Of a stretch of DNA of 38,513 nucleotides, positions 25,448-34,064 are shown piece after piece. The translations under genes were made by a program, and so were the position numbers. Within the stretch, counting starts at the first letter, position 1, and each line of letters starts with the position of its first letter. Below the pieces are notes generated by a model. It was not told the DNA's origin and did no database searches. It saw only the letters and a program-made list of their open reading frames with translations. Source of the DNA: a bacterium (lineage in GTDB: Bacteria > Nitrospinota_A > UBA7883 > JACRGQ01); NCBI GenBank assembly GCA_021815535.1, contig JAKAGL010000001.1:1-38513 (forward strand), written 5' to 3'.

Positions 25448-25681
25448 AACAAGCAGTTAAGCCGAAGCATTTTTTGTACTTCCAAAAGAGTATTTTTTCT
25501 GTAATTGGTGTAGAATGGAACATAACCAGAGAGTGAGGCGCATTAAGTTTGGAGGGGTAGCCAAGCTATCGTGGGCATTTATTAATGCTTCATAGTCTAT
25601 GGAGGGCGATTCGTTAGCGTTTCGTTACAATGATCAAAAAACCAATAATCGCTATTATTCTAAGCTTTGGAGGGAAATGAC

Positions 25682-28600
25682 ATGTCTTATGGGGAAACAT
25701 TCAAAAAATTAGCTATCGCCGCGGTGCTGGGCTTCGGCCTTGTTGCCTGTGGCGGTGGTGGCGGCGGCGGTAGCAGTACCACAGGAGGCGGCGGAGGCGG
25801 AGGCACTACCAGCACCACAACAACCACAACGGTTACAACCACGGCAGGCAGCAGCGCGGTCACAGCCACCGCTGTGAATACCAGCGCAACCGCCGTTGCC
25901 GGCACCGGCACTGCCGGCACCGCCACCACCACTACTCTTGCAATGGCGGACAAAATTTCGGTGGTGGGTTCCAGTTCCGTCAAGCCGACCAAAGCCCCGA
26001 AAGGCATCTCAACTTCTTCAAGCTCTCTCTGGGCGCGCCTTATTCCCACTTCGTGGGCACCGACGGCCGATTGGTTTGTCGATCCCCAATTTGTGTATGT
26101 ACATGAACGCTCTGAAGAGGCCTTTGCGAAGAGCAACGAGATTCTTTGCATGATCGGCCAGACCGAGTGGGAAGCTATGACGAATCAGGGCGCATATCTC
26201 GCTCTCATCGATCAAAACAAATGCTCCACCAACCGCGACAACGCGCAGTCGGCAGGTCAGAGCAGCCAGGATACCAACACGGCCAGCAATGCCAACGCCC
26301 CCAGCTACCAAAATTGGGTGATGATGAGCAAGCGGGCCGATGCCACCACCGCCATTCCCAATCCGCCGCAGGTTATTTCGGCGTGGATCGACGGCAATGT
26401 TGGCGGCGGCCCCGGTTCAAACGGCGTTCCCGGCCGCATCTACGCCAAGGTCATCGTTCAGGACAAGCCTTCCACCGCCAACCCTTACGGCTTTTTCTAT
26501 ATGAGTTTCCTGGCCCATCCCTACCAGACCGGCAGTACCACTGTTGTTGATACCACCAAAACACTTATGTCGGGCTATATGCGCACCGTCAAGTTGGATT
26601 CCGGCGAAGTGGTGTTGCAGTTCTATAATGGAAATGACATTACGATCGATCCCTCCATGATGACCGGCGGTGGAACTGCCGGCGGTGGAACTGCCGGGTC
26701 GGGATCTACCATATCCGCCACGTTTGCGGAAAGATCAACTCTCAGCAAGACCGCTACTGGCGGCGGCGGCGAAGTGAGCTTCCCCGACGAGAGCGCTTTC
26801 ATGACCGCCATACAAACCGCAATGACCAGCGGCGCCACCACGGTGACGGTTCCGTATAAGGAGATGCGTTTCGCCCATGACGGCACGTCCTTCCAGCGTG
26901 AGGAAATTGACCCCTCTACCGGTAACCTCAAGAGCGGCACCTCTCCCATCTGCCTTGATACGGCACAAAAGGTGTCCACCGCGTGGCGCTACGCAGCTTA
27001 TCGGGCTGTGGCGGATTCCACCCATGCTGCAGGTAGCCGCATATCCCTGAATACCGGCTTCCCGGTTATCTATAATGATGGCACCAACGGTACCGGCGGC
27101 ACGGACCACGAAGGATGGATGGGCAACTGGGGTCTTTGGCTGAATGACGGAACCACCGTTCCGGACGGCTCGACCATCAACAAGTACGACTATCAGACCA
27201 AGGCGAAGACCCCATACACCTACAGGTCCACCGGCGGCAAGCTGACCAAGCACACCAAGGTGTCGCTCACTTTGAGCGACATCAAGAACATCCCGCTTCA
27301 AGTCGGCATTGGCACAACGGATCCCGCTACCAACACGTATACGTTTAACCAGTACGAAGTGTCTTGGAACGGTACTGGTATTGTGCTGAAGAAGAAGCTT
27401 GACCAGACCACATGGATGTGGACCGATCTTACGCTCACCAGCACGCCGGTGTTGGATACCCCGGTGACGGTCAACCAGTGGGACCGCAGTTTCAACTTCT
27501 GGTCGCAATCGCTCAACGGTTCCGGTCGCGTTGAACTGAACCTCTGCACGAAGACGGATGTGAATGTCTGGACGGCCGGCGTTACTACCGCTGCCGGCTA
27601 CTATTCAAACTGCTCGGCCACCGGCAACATAAAGGGTTCGCTGAATACCGGCACCCAAGCGATCACCCCCTATATCACCGCGGCGAACAAGGTGACTTTC
27701 AACAAAGAGCAGGTGGTGTTCATGAACGACGCCACGAATGCCCCGGCCACGGCGCTGGCCTGCACCGAGAACTGCCCCAGCGGCGACAACATCGCCAAAT
27801 TCAACGATTCAACGGTCACCACGAAGCCGACCACGGTGGAATATGCCGACTCCGGCTGGTCGCAGTGGCCCAACCTGAGCAACATCAACCAGCAGCTTTC
27901 ACCCGCAAACTGGCAGCACTGCCCGAACAAGGCGACTGACGGAACGGGCGTCTGTTCCACTCCGGGTCAGACCGACTGGTCGAAGCCGTGGTGCACGGGT
28001 CCTGCCAGCCAAGCTTCTAACTGGAATCCCACTGCCGCCGCCGGTGAAACCGCCGGTGTGACCTGCCATGGCTGGAACGGTACTACGATGGCATATGTGA
28101 CCAGCGCCGGCTCTAATGGCGGCTTCTATAAGTACACCTTTGACGCGGCCACCTACGTCCTTACTGATACCGGCGCCAATTTGGGTGCCGGGCGGTCGAC
28201 CGCCCTTTTGTCCACCGCGAACCAGTGGGCCAACTCGGGTCTTCTCTTCGATCCGCTTACCACCGGAAATTTCACATGGACGGACTGGAACGGTACACAG
28301 CACACTAACCGCCCCTTTGCTGAAGCCATTCAGTGCGACTGGCCGTTCGATCCGGGCAACGGTTCGTGGGGCCCCGATCCCAGCAATACCAATAACTGGA
28401 TATTCACCGCTGGCACCACCACCAAATACGGCACTTGCACGTGGCGGCTGTGGGATACACTCAATGTGTATTACACTTGGGAAACCGGTTCCGACTGGAA
28501 CACTCTCAAGCTGTTGACGGACTCGAACGGGAAGGCCGTCACGTTTGACGAGCCGCTCATCCTTGATTACATTCACGGTGCTGCCGGCATCAGCAACGGC

Positions 28601-29038
28601 GTCGCTATCGACAACACCGTCCTGACGGGTGGACCCGCCACGACCGATCAGTGGTATGGTTCCCGGATGGCTCTTCAGTATGGCGGCTTTGGCGACCTCT
28701 GGGGCATACCGGGCCACTGCGTGGATATGGATACCGGGTCTGACAAGAGCTGCGATATGAACAGCCGCTGGGTGCCGGCCTTCACTATTCCGGATGAATC
28801 CGCCGCCACCTATGTCGACTCGACGGGAACCACCCAAACGGTCTACATCAAGGCGCTGGAAAAGGAAGAGCGAATGACGCCGCTTTCCTCCTGCACGGCG
28901 ACACTGACGGCCTATTCTCTGCCGCCTTCCACCGATTATGTGGCTCCTGACATCGGTTCCATACCGACCGCCGCCACGAACCCGAGCGATCCGATCGCTT
29001 CGGGCGCGCCTTCGGTGGTTGGAGGTGTGGTTCAGTAA
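25682..29038 (+). CDS. Very large (1118-aa) lipoprotein with a Gly/Thr-rich stalk; function unknown
   Basis: GGAGGG lies 7 nt upstream of the ATG at 25682. The signal peptide has a lipobox (GLVAC). About 70 aa of poly-G/poly-T/S follow. The body is rich in W/N/T/G with paired cysteines, and I recognise no domain. Confidence 0.8.
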   Translation: MSYGETFKKLAIAAVLGFGLVACGGGGGGGSSTTGGGGGGGTTSTTTTTTVTTTAGSSAVTATAVNTSATAVAGTGTAGTATTTTLAMADKISVVGSSSVKPTKAPKGISTSSSSLWARLIPTSWAPTADWFVDPQFVYVHERSEEAFAKSNEILCMIGQTEWEAMTNQGAYLALIDQNKCSTNRDNAQSAGQSSQDTNTASNANAPSYQNWVMMSKRADATTAIPNPPQVISAWIDGNVGGGPGSNGVPGRIYAKVIVQDKPSTANPYGFFYMSFLAHPYQTGSTTVVDTTKTLMSGYMRTVKLDSGEVVLQFYNGNDITIDPSMMTGGGTAGGGTAGSGSTISATFAERSTLSKTATGGGGEVSFPDESAFMTAIQTAMTSGATTVTVPYKEMRFAHDGTSFQREEIDPSTGNLKSGTSPICLDTAQKVSTAWRYAAYRAVADSTHAAGSRISLNTGFPVIYNDGTNGTGGTDHEGWMGNWGLWLNDGTTVPDGSTINKYDYQTKAKTPYTYRSTGGKLTKHTKVSLTLSDIKNIPLQVGIGTTDPATNTYTFNQYEVSWNGTGIVLKKKLDQTTWMWTDLTLTSTPVLDTPVTVNQWDRSFNFWSQSLNGSGRVELNLCTKTDVNVWTAGVTTAAGYYSNCSATGNIKGSLNTGTQAITPYITAANKVTFNKEQVVFMNDATNAPATALACTENCPSGDNIAKFNDSTVTTKPTTVEYADSGWSQWPNLSNINQQLSPANWQHCPNKATDGTGVCSTPGQTDWSKPWCTGPASQASNWNPTAAAGETAGVTCHGWNGTTMAYVTSAGSNGGFYKYTFDAATYVLTDTGANLGAGRSTALLSTANQWANSGLLFDPLTTGNFTWTDWNGTQHTNRPFAEAIQCDWPFDPGNGSWGPDPSNTNNWIFTAGTTTKYGTCTWRLWDTLNVYYTWETGSDWNTLKLLTDSNGKAVTFDEPLILDYIHGAAGISNGVAIDNTVLTGGPATTDQWYGSRMALQYGGFGDLWGIPGHCVDMDTGSDKSCDMNSRWVPAFTIPDESAATYVDSTGTTQTVYIKALEKEERMTPLSSCTATLTAYSLPPSTDYVAPDIGSIPTAATNPSDPIASGAPSVVGGVVQ

Positions 29039-29061
29039 CGGTTTTTTCTAAGCCTCTTGAA

Positions 29062-29093
29062 GGGCGTTCCGGCAACGGGACGCCCTTTTTTTT
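29062..29093 (+). terminator. Intrinsic terminator of the lipoprotein gene
   Basis: GGGCGTTCC-GGCAAC-GGGACGCCC forms a ~9-bp stem followed by T8, beginning 24 nt after the stop. Confidence 0.8.
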
Positions 29094-29257
29094 GGTAGAG
29101 GCGGCACTCCTGCCGCCTCAAAATTCCGGCACCGGTAGAGGCGACACTCTTGTCGCCTTGATATTTCGGCACCGGTAGAGGCGACACTCTTGTCGCCTTA
29201 AAGTTTCGGCGGCAGGAGTGCCGGCGCTACCCAGACCGTCGGCAGGGAAGCCGCTAC
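29094..29257. repeat. REP (repetitive extragenic palindrome) array upstream of the RAYT gene
   Basis: Five units are visible. GGTAGAGGCGGCA-CTCC-TGCCGCCTC (29094-29119). Two copies of GGTAGAGGCGACA-CTCT-TGTCGCCT (29134-29158 and 29174-29198, 40-bp period). An inverted unit GGCGGCAGGAGTGCCGGCGCTACC (29209-29232). A degenerate inverted unit (29238-29257). Confidence 0.75.
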
Positions 29258-29302
29258 GCATGTTTGTTGCCGCCGTCAGATGAAAATTTCTATAATGCCA
29301 GC

Positions 29303-29806
29303 ATGGACGATCACGAAATACGGCCAAAACATCTTACCGTCTATAAAACCCGTAATCTTCCACACTGGCAGATGGGCGGCAGTTGGTATTTTGTCACCTT
29401 TCGTTCGGTTCGAGGCCATTTGCCGGAATGTGCGCGTGATCTTACGAGGGGGACTATCATTCGCTCACATAAACTGCACTATGATCTTGCAACGGCGGTT
29501 GTCATGCCAGACCACGTGCATCTTCTCATCCGCCCGCTGGAAACCGTTTCAGGCAAATACATTGCGCTGGCTAAAATAATGAAAACGCTGAAAGGGGTCA
29601 GTGCGCGAAAGATCAATTGTCAGTTGAGTTCTATCGGGCCGGTATGGCAGAAGGAATCTTTCGATCGTATTGTGCGTGATGACGAAGAATGGCGGGAGAA
29701 ATATGAATACATTCGGGGGAACGCCGTGAAGGCCGGTTTGACCGAGAATCCCCAGGATTATCCGTGGCTTATTGAAGGCGATATTTTCATCACCCGCCCT
29801 TGGTAG
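29303..29806 (+). CDS. REP-associated tyrosine transposase (RAYT; IS200/IS605 TnpA-like Y1 HUH enzyme)
   Basis: Motifs RNLPHWQMGGSWYFVTFR, the HUH motif MPDHVHLLI, and the catalytic-Tyr helix YIRGNAVKAGL. I prefer the ATG at 29303 over the TTG at 29264. The TAG stop lies inside a GGTAG REP head. Confidence 0.8.
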   Translation: MDDHEIRPKHLTVYKTRNLPHWQMGGSWYFVTFRSVRGHLPECARDLTRGTIIRSHKLHYDLATAVVMPDHVHLLIRPLETVSGKYIALAKIMKTLKGVSARKINCQLSSIGPVWQKESFDRIVRDDEEWREKYEYIRGNAVKAGLTENPQDYPWLIEGDIFITRPW

Positions 29807-29958
29807 AGGCGATCCTGTCTCCTTGATATTTCGGCACCGGTAGCGGCGGCACTCCTGCCGCCGCTACCTAGACGGTCGGCAGGAGTGCCGCCGCTACCCG
29901 GACCGTTGGCAGGAGTGCCGCCGCTACCCGGACCGTTGGCAGGAGTGCCGCCGCTACC
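29802..29958. repeat. REP array downstream of the RAYT gene
   Basis: Three elements are visible. A degenerate GGTAGAGGCGATCCTGTCTCC (from 29802). A perfect 13-bp-stem palindrome GGTAGCGGCGGCA-CTCC-TGCCGCCGCTACC (29839-29868). Three tandem inverted half-units GGCAGGAGTGCCGCCGCTACC (29878, 29908, 29938; 30-bp period). Confidence 0.75.
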
Positions 29959-30051
29959 GATCCGATCCTCGAGAATGACCATGAAGATTGCCTGCCGTTG
30001 CCAATTTTTCAGTAGGTTGAAAACGTAAATAAAAATTCTCTGTTTCTTTCG

Positions 30052-30080
30052 TTGCCCGCATTCGGCGAAGCTGTTAAAAT
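30052..30080 (+). promoter_or_regulatory. Candidate promoter of the pyr operon
   Basis: TTGCCC (30052-30057), a 17-nt spacer, then the extended -10 TGTTAAAAT (30072-30080). The AT-rich context lies upstream of the PyrR-box-like hairpin. Confidence 0.4.
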
Positions 30081-30112
30081 CATTTTTCAGACGATTTAAA
30101 ACCTTTTTAAAC

Positions 30113-30128
30113 GGGTTCCGAGAGGCCC
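30113..30128 (+). promoter_or_regulatory. PyrR-binding-loop-like RNA hairpin in the pyr leader
   Basis: GGGUUCCGAGAGGCCC can fold as a small hairpin (GGGUU/GGCCC). It contains UCC-GAGAGGC, which is one nt shorter than the UCCAGAGAGGC core of Bacillus PyrR binding loops. It lies 4 nt upstream of a strong SD. Confidence 0.5.
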
Positions 30129-30144
30129 ACAAAAGGAGCAGACG

Positions 30145-30180
30145 ATGTTTACCGCAGTTGCCGCCGGAGCGCGGCGATGA
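30145..30180 (+). CDS. Possible 11-codon leader ORF ([11 protein letters not shown]) coupled to pyrR
   Basis: A canonical AAGGAG (30133-30138) lies 6 nt upstream of the ATG at 30145. The stop TGA (30178-30180) overlaps the pyrR ATG (30177) as ATGA. Confidence 0.35.
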   Translation: MFTAVAAGARR

Positions 30181-30716
30181 CCGCCGCCAAGACAGTTCTT
30201 TCCGCTCAGGAGATAGGGCGCACACTGGCCCGGATGGCCCATGAGATCACCGAAAAAAATCCCGACTGTTCGCAGATCATCCTCGTTGGCATTATTACGC
30301 GCGGCGTGCCGTTGGCCCGCCGCCTCGCCGACAAGATAAAAACCATCACCGGCGTCGACGTTCCTCACGGAAGCCTGGATATCACTTTCTACCGGGACGA
30401 TATTCAGAGCAAGGGGCCCGATCTTAACGCAGGCCGCACCGACATCAACCACGACATTAACGGCAAAACGCTCATCCTGGTGGATGACGTCCTTTTCACC
30501 GGCCGCTCCATCCGCGCCGCCATCGATGCGGTGATGGATATCGGCCGCCCGGGGCGCATACAACTGGCTGTCCTGCTGGACCGGGGCCACCGCGAGCTGC
30601 CGATACGTCCCGACTACATCGGCAAAAACATCCCCACCGCGCGCGGCGAACGCGTCCGCGTGAAACTTTCCGAAACCGACGGCGAAGATCACGCGTCGGT
30701 GGTGGAGGGGGGCTGA
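30177..30716 (+). CDS. pyrR: Bifunctional pyrimidine operon regulator / uracil phosphoribosyltransferase PyrR
   Basis: 179 aa with the PRPP-binding motif [17 protein letters not shown] and [12 protein letters not shown]. First gene of the pyr operon. Confidence 0.9.
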   Translation: MTAAKTVLSAQEIGRTLARMAHEITEKNPDCSQIILVGIITRGVPLARRLADKIKTITGVDVPHGSLDITFYRDDIQSKGPDLNAGRTDINHDINGKTLILVDDVLFTGRSIRAAIDAVMDIGRPGRIQLAVLLDRGHRELPIRPDYIGKNIPTARGERVRVKLSETDGEDHASVVEGG

Positions 30717-31657
30717 TGGATACGGTGGAAAAAAAATTCAGGGGACGGCATCTTCTGAAAATATCCGATCTTACCGCCGACGAGATCATGGGGCTGCTCA
30801 ACACCGCCTACAAATTCAAGGATGTTTCAGAACGGGAAATAAAAAAGGTTCCCACCCTGCGCGGAAAAACCATTGTAAGCCTCTTCTATGAGGCAAGCAC
30901 CCGCACCCGCACCTCGTTCGAGATCGCCGGAAAACGGCTTTCGGCGGACGTGATCAACATTTCCACCAGTTCCAGCAGCGTAACCAAGGGGGAAACATTC
31001 AAGGATACGGTGCTGAATATCGCCGCCATGAAGCCGGACGCCATCGTGGTGCGGCATCCCAGCCCCGGCGCGCCGGCCTACGCCGCGCGGATAGCCGGTT
31101 GCTCCGTCATCAACGGCGGCGATGGGGCAAACGCGCATCCGACCCAGGCGTTGCTTGATCTGATGACCATACACGAAAAGAAGGGCGGGGTGGAAGATCT
31201 CAAGGTCGCCATCGTCGGCGACATCCTCCACAGCCGCGTGGCGCGCAGCAACATCAACGCGCTGAAAATGTTCGGGGCCGAAGTCACCGTCTGCGCTCCT
31301 CCCACATTGCTTCCCCACGGGGTGGGCGCGCTGGGAGTGAAGGTGACGCACAACATCCACGAGGCGGTGGCGGACAAGGATGTGGTGATGATGCTCCGCA
31401 TCCAGACCGAGCGGATGCAGCAGGGGCTGTTCCCCAGCCTGCGGGAGTACAGCGAACACTTTTGCCTTTCCGCAAAGGTGCTGAAAAGTGCGCGGCCCGA
31501 TGTACTGATAATGCACCCCGGCCCGATCAACCGCGGGGTGGAGATCGCCTCTGATGTGGCGGACGGCCCCTACAGCCTTATCCTTTCACAGGTCACGCAT
31601 GGCGTGGCGATGCGGATGGCGGTGCTGTACCTTTTATGCGGAGGAGCCGAATCGTGA
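30716..31657 (+). CDS. pyrB: Aspartate carbamoyltransferase catalytic subunit
   Basis: Motifs [23 protein letters not shown] and [13 protein letters not shown] overlap with pyrR. Confidence 0.92.
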   Translation: MDTVEKKFRGRHLLKISDLTADEIMGLLNTAYKFKDVSEREIKKVPTLRGKTIVSLFYEASTRTRTSFEIAGKRLSADVINISTSSSSVTKGETFKDTVLNIAAMKPDAIVVRHPSPGAPAYAARIAGCSVINGGDGANAHPTQALLDLMTIHEKKGGVEDLKVAIVGDILHSRVARSNINALKMFGAEVTVCAPPTLLPHGVGALGVKVTHNIHEAVADKDVVMMLRIQTERMQQGLFPSLREYSEHFCLSAKVLKSARPDVLIMHPGPINRGVEIASDVADGPYSLILSQVTHGVAMRMAVLYLLCGGAES

Positions 31658-32940
31658 GCGAAACGATATTGATAAAAAACGGGCGCGTGATAGATCCGTC
31701 GCGCGGCGTTGATGGCGTTCAGGACGTGTTAGTGAAAGACGGGGCGGTTGCCGCGATGGGGAAAGATCTGGCGGCAACCGGCGCGAAGATCATCGAGGCG
31801 AAAGGATTGGTGGTCTCCCCCGGGTTCATCGATCTGCACGTCCACCTGCGTGAGCCGGGCTTTGAGTACAAAGAGACCATCGCCACCGGCAGTATGGCCG
31901 CGGCGGCGGGTGGATTCACCGCCGTTTGCTGTATGGCCAACACGAAGCCGGTAAATGATAATGCCTCTGTCACCCGGTTCATATTGGAAAAAGCCGCCGC
32001 CGTCAACGGTGCGCGCGTCTACCCTATCGGCGCCATCACCAAAGGGCTGAAAGGGGAAGAGCTGGCCGAGATAGGCGAAATGAAAAAGGCGGGCGTGGTG
32101 GCGCTTTCCGACGACGGGCGGTGCGTGATGGACGCGCGCGTTTTGAGGCACGCGATGGATTACGCCGCGATGTTCGGCCTCACCATCGTGGAACACTGCG
32201 AGGACGAGCATCTCGTCAAGGGGGGCGTCATGAACGAGGGGGAGACCAGCGCCCGCCTCGGCATCAAGGGAATGCCCGCTATCGCGGAGAACGTTATTGC
32301 CCGACGCGACATCGATATCGCCGCGTATCTGAAACGCCCCGTCCACATCGCCCACATCAGCACGCGCGGGGCGGTGGAAAGCGTCCGCGCCGCCAAAGCG
32401 GCGGGAACCGCCGTCACCTGCGAGGCGGCGCCGCACCATTTCACCATTACGGAGAAGAACCTCGAAAGCTTCGACGCCAATTACAAGATGAACCCGCCCT
32501 TGCGCACCGAGGACGACCTGGCGGCGGTAAAAGAGGGGCTGCGCGACGGAACCATTGATTGCATCGCCACCGATCACGCCCCGCACGCCAAATGGGAAAA
32601 AGAATTGGAAATAGACCACGCTCCGTACGGCATCGTCGGACTGGAGACCGCCCTGGGGCTTTCCATGCAACTCGTGCGGGATGGCGTGTTTGGCCTGCCG
32701 CGGCTGGTGGAACTGCTTTCCACCAACCCCGCCCGCATATTCGGCCTGCCGGGAGGGATGCTCAAAGAGGGGGCGGTCGCCGATATCTGCATCTTCGATC
32801 CGGAAAAGAAATGGACGGTGGATCCCGCCGAATTTGTGAGTGCGGGGAAAAATACCCCCTTCGCCGGATGGGAGCTTTCCGGGAAAAATTGCCTTACTAT
32901 CGTCGGGGGGCGAATCGTGTATAATCCGTCGAATTTATGA
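31654..32940 (+). CDS. pyrC: Dihydroorotase
   Basis: Motifs [21 protein letters not shown] and GLETAL. I prefer the GTG at 31654, which has GGAGGAG 7-8 nt upstream and a GTGA overlap with the pyrB stop, over the ATG at 31636. Confidence 0.9.
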   Translation: MSETILIKNGRVIDPSRGVDGVQDVLVKDGAVAAMGKDLAATGAKIIEAKGLVVSPGFIDLHVHLREPGFEYKETIATGSMAAAAGGFTAVCCMANTKPVNDNASVTRFILEKAAAVNGARVYPIGAITKGLKGEELAEIGEMKKAGVVALSDDGRCVMDARVLRHAMDYAAMFGLTIVEHCEDEHLVKGGVMNEGETSARLGIKGMPAIAENVIARRDIDIAAYLKRPVHIAHISTRGAVESVRAAKAAGTAVTCEAAPHHFTITEKNLESFDANYKMNPPLRTEDDLAAVKEGLRDGTIDCIATDHAPHAKWEKELEIDHAPYGIVGLETALGLSMQLVRDGVFGLPRLVELLSTNPARIFGLPGGMLKEGAVADICIFDPEKKWTVDPAEFVSAGKNTPFAGWELSGKNCLTIVGGRIVYNPSNL

Positions 32941-34064
32941 AGGCGGTACTTGTTCTCGAAGATGGCAGAGCGTTCACGGGCCGCTCTTTTGGCGCGGCCG
33001 GCGAGGCCTTTGGCGAGGTGGTATTCAATACCGGCTTGAGCGGCTATCAGGAGATCTTGACCGATCCTTCCTATAACGGCCAGCTTATCACCATGACCTA
33101 TCCGCTTATCGGCAACTACGGCGTTACGCCGGAAGACGAGGAGTCGGGAAAGATCCAGGCGGCCGGCTTTATTGTGAAAGAACCCAGCCGCATCGTGAGC
33201 AACTTCCGGTCGGCCAAGCCGCTGGATCAATATTTGAAAGAACAGAATATCGTCGGCATCCGCGATATCGATACGCGCGCGCTTACCCGCCACCTCCGCA
33301 GCCGCGGAGCGATGCGCGGAATCATCAGTACGCATGACGGCAATACGGAAAGCTTTGCCGCCAAAGCGCGCGCGCACGAAAGCATGGCAGGGGCCGACCT
33401 GGCGAAACGCGTAACCTGCAAGGCTTCCTATCAATTCAGCGAGGGCCTGTGGGAGCTTGGCAATGGTTTTAACAAAAACATCAAACCACGTTTCAGGGTG
33501 GCGGCCTACGATTTTGGCATCAAGCGGAATATTTTGCGCCACCTGGTTGAGCGCGGCTGCGCCGTCACGGTTTTTCCGGCCGATACTCCGGCGGAGAAGA
33601 TCGCGGCCTTTAAGCCGGACGGCGTTTTTCTTTCAAACGGTCCCGGCGACCCGGAGGCGGTCACCTACGCCATCGATGCGGTGAAGGCCATGTTGGGCAC
33701 GTACCCCATCTTCGGTATCTGCCTGGGCCATCAGATCATGAGCCTTGCCCTGGGGGCGAAAACCTTTAAGCTGAAATTCGGCCATCGCGGCTGCAATCAT
33801 CCGGTGATGGATCTTCCCGCCGGGCGGGTGGTGCGGATAACCTCGCAAAATCACGGTTTCGCGGTTGATGCGGAAACGCTTCCCGCAGAGCTTGAAATAA
33901 CCCACTACAGCCTCAACGACAACACGGTTGAAGGAGTGCGGCATAAAACGCATCCCGCCTTTTCCGTGCAATACCATCCCGAAGCCTCCCCCGGTCCGCA
34001 CGATACGACCGGGCATTTCGACCAGTTCATCGCCATGATGGCCCAACACGGGAGTAAGGCCTGA
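32937..34064 (+). CDS. carA: Carbamoyl-phosphate synthase small (glutaminase) subunit
   Basis: Motifs [20 protein letters not shown], the catalytic Cys motif GICLGHQ, and HGFAV...QYHPEA. ATGA overlap with pyrC. Confidence 0.93.
   Translation: MKAVLVLEDGRAFTGRSFGAAGEAFGEVVFNTGLSGYQEILTDPSYNGQLITMTYPLIGNYGVTPEDEESGKIQAAGFIVKEPSRIVSNFRSAKPLDQYLKEQNIVGIRDIDTRALTRHLRSRGAMRGIISTHDGNTESFAAKARAHESMAGADLAKRVTCKASYQFSEGLWELGNGFNKNIKPRFRVAAYDFGIKRNILRHLVERGCAVTVFPADTPAEKIAAFKPDGVFLSNGPGDPEAVTYAIDAVKAMLGTYPIFGICLGHQIMSLALGAKTFKLKFGHRGCNHPVMDLPAGRVVRITSQNHGFAVDAETLPAELEITHYSLNDNTVEGVRHKTHPAFSVQYHPEASPGPHDTTGHFDQFIAMMAQHGSKA

Larger units (their letters stand above)
29094..29958 (+). mobile_element. REPtron: RAYT (IS200-like Y1 transposase) gene bracketed by REP arrays
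   Basis: A single HUH/Y1 transposase-like gene is flanked on both sides by GTAG-headed palindromes in both orientations. No terminal inverted repeats or a second transposition gene are seen. Confidence 0.7.

Noticed and set aside
25667-25681. Alternative upstream near-cognate starts proposed by the ORF track. These are TTG 25667 for the lipoprotein, ATG 11289 for the cytochrome, TTG 23542 for the SDR, TTG 5877 for the CNB-fold protein, TTG 29264 for RAYT, ATG 31636 for pyrC, and ORF-track starts 13593 for GT1 and 9397 for TonB.
   Set aside because: Most have an internal ATG/GTG with a properly spaced GGAGG-type SD or an ATGA/GTGA overlap that fits better and matches the expected N-terminus of the family. 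RAYT ATG 29303 and SDR ATG 23524 have no clear SD and are preferred only as the first ATG. The upstream extensions would cover the SD itself or add non-conserved Arg-rich tails.
25687-26151. A 154-aa minus-strand ORF with poly-Pro/poly-Val runs.
   Set aside because: It is the antisense reading of the GGN/ACN low-complexity tract at the 5' end of the lipoprotein gene. The plus-strand frame has an SD, a signal peptide and a lipobox.
29134-29958. Periodic 40-bp and 30-bp repeats that could be mistaken for a small CRISPR array.
   Set aside because: There are only 2-3 copies per block, and the intervening spacers are 9-15 nt and themselves repeated. The units are GTAG-headed palindromes in both orientations flanking a Y1 transposase. 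No cas genes are in the window. This fits REP/BIME structure, not CRISPR.
29758-30225. A 155-aa minus-strand ORF containing a striking GSGGTPANGP x3 peptide repeat.
   Set aside because: The repeat is just the translation of the three tandem 30-bp REP half-units (29878-29958). The ORF spans the RAYT 3' end, the REP array and the pyr promoter/leader, and has no SD.
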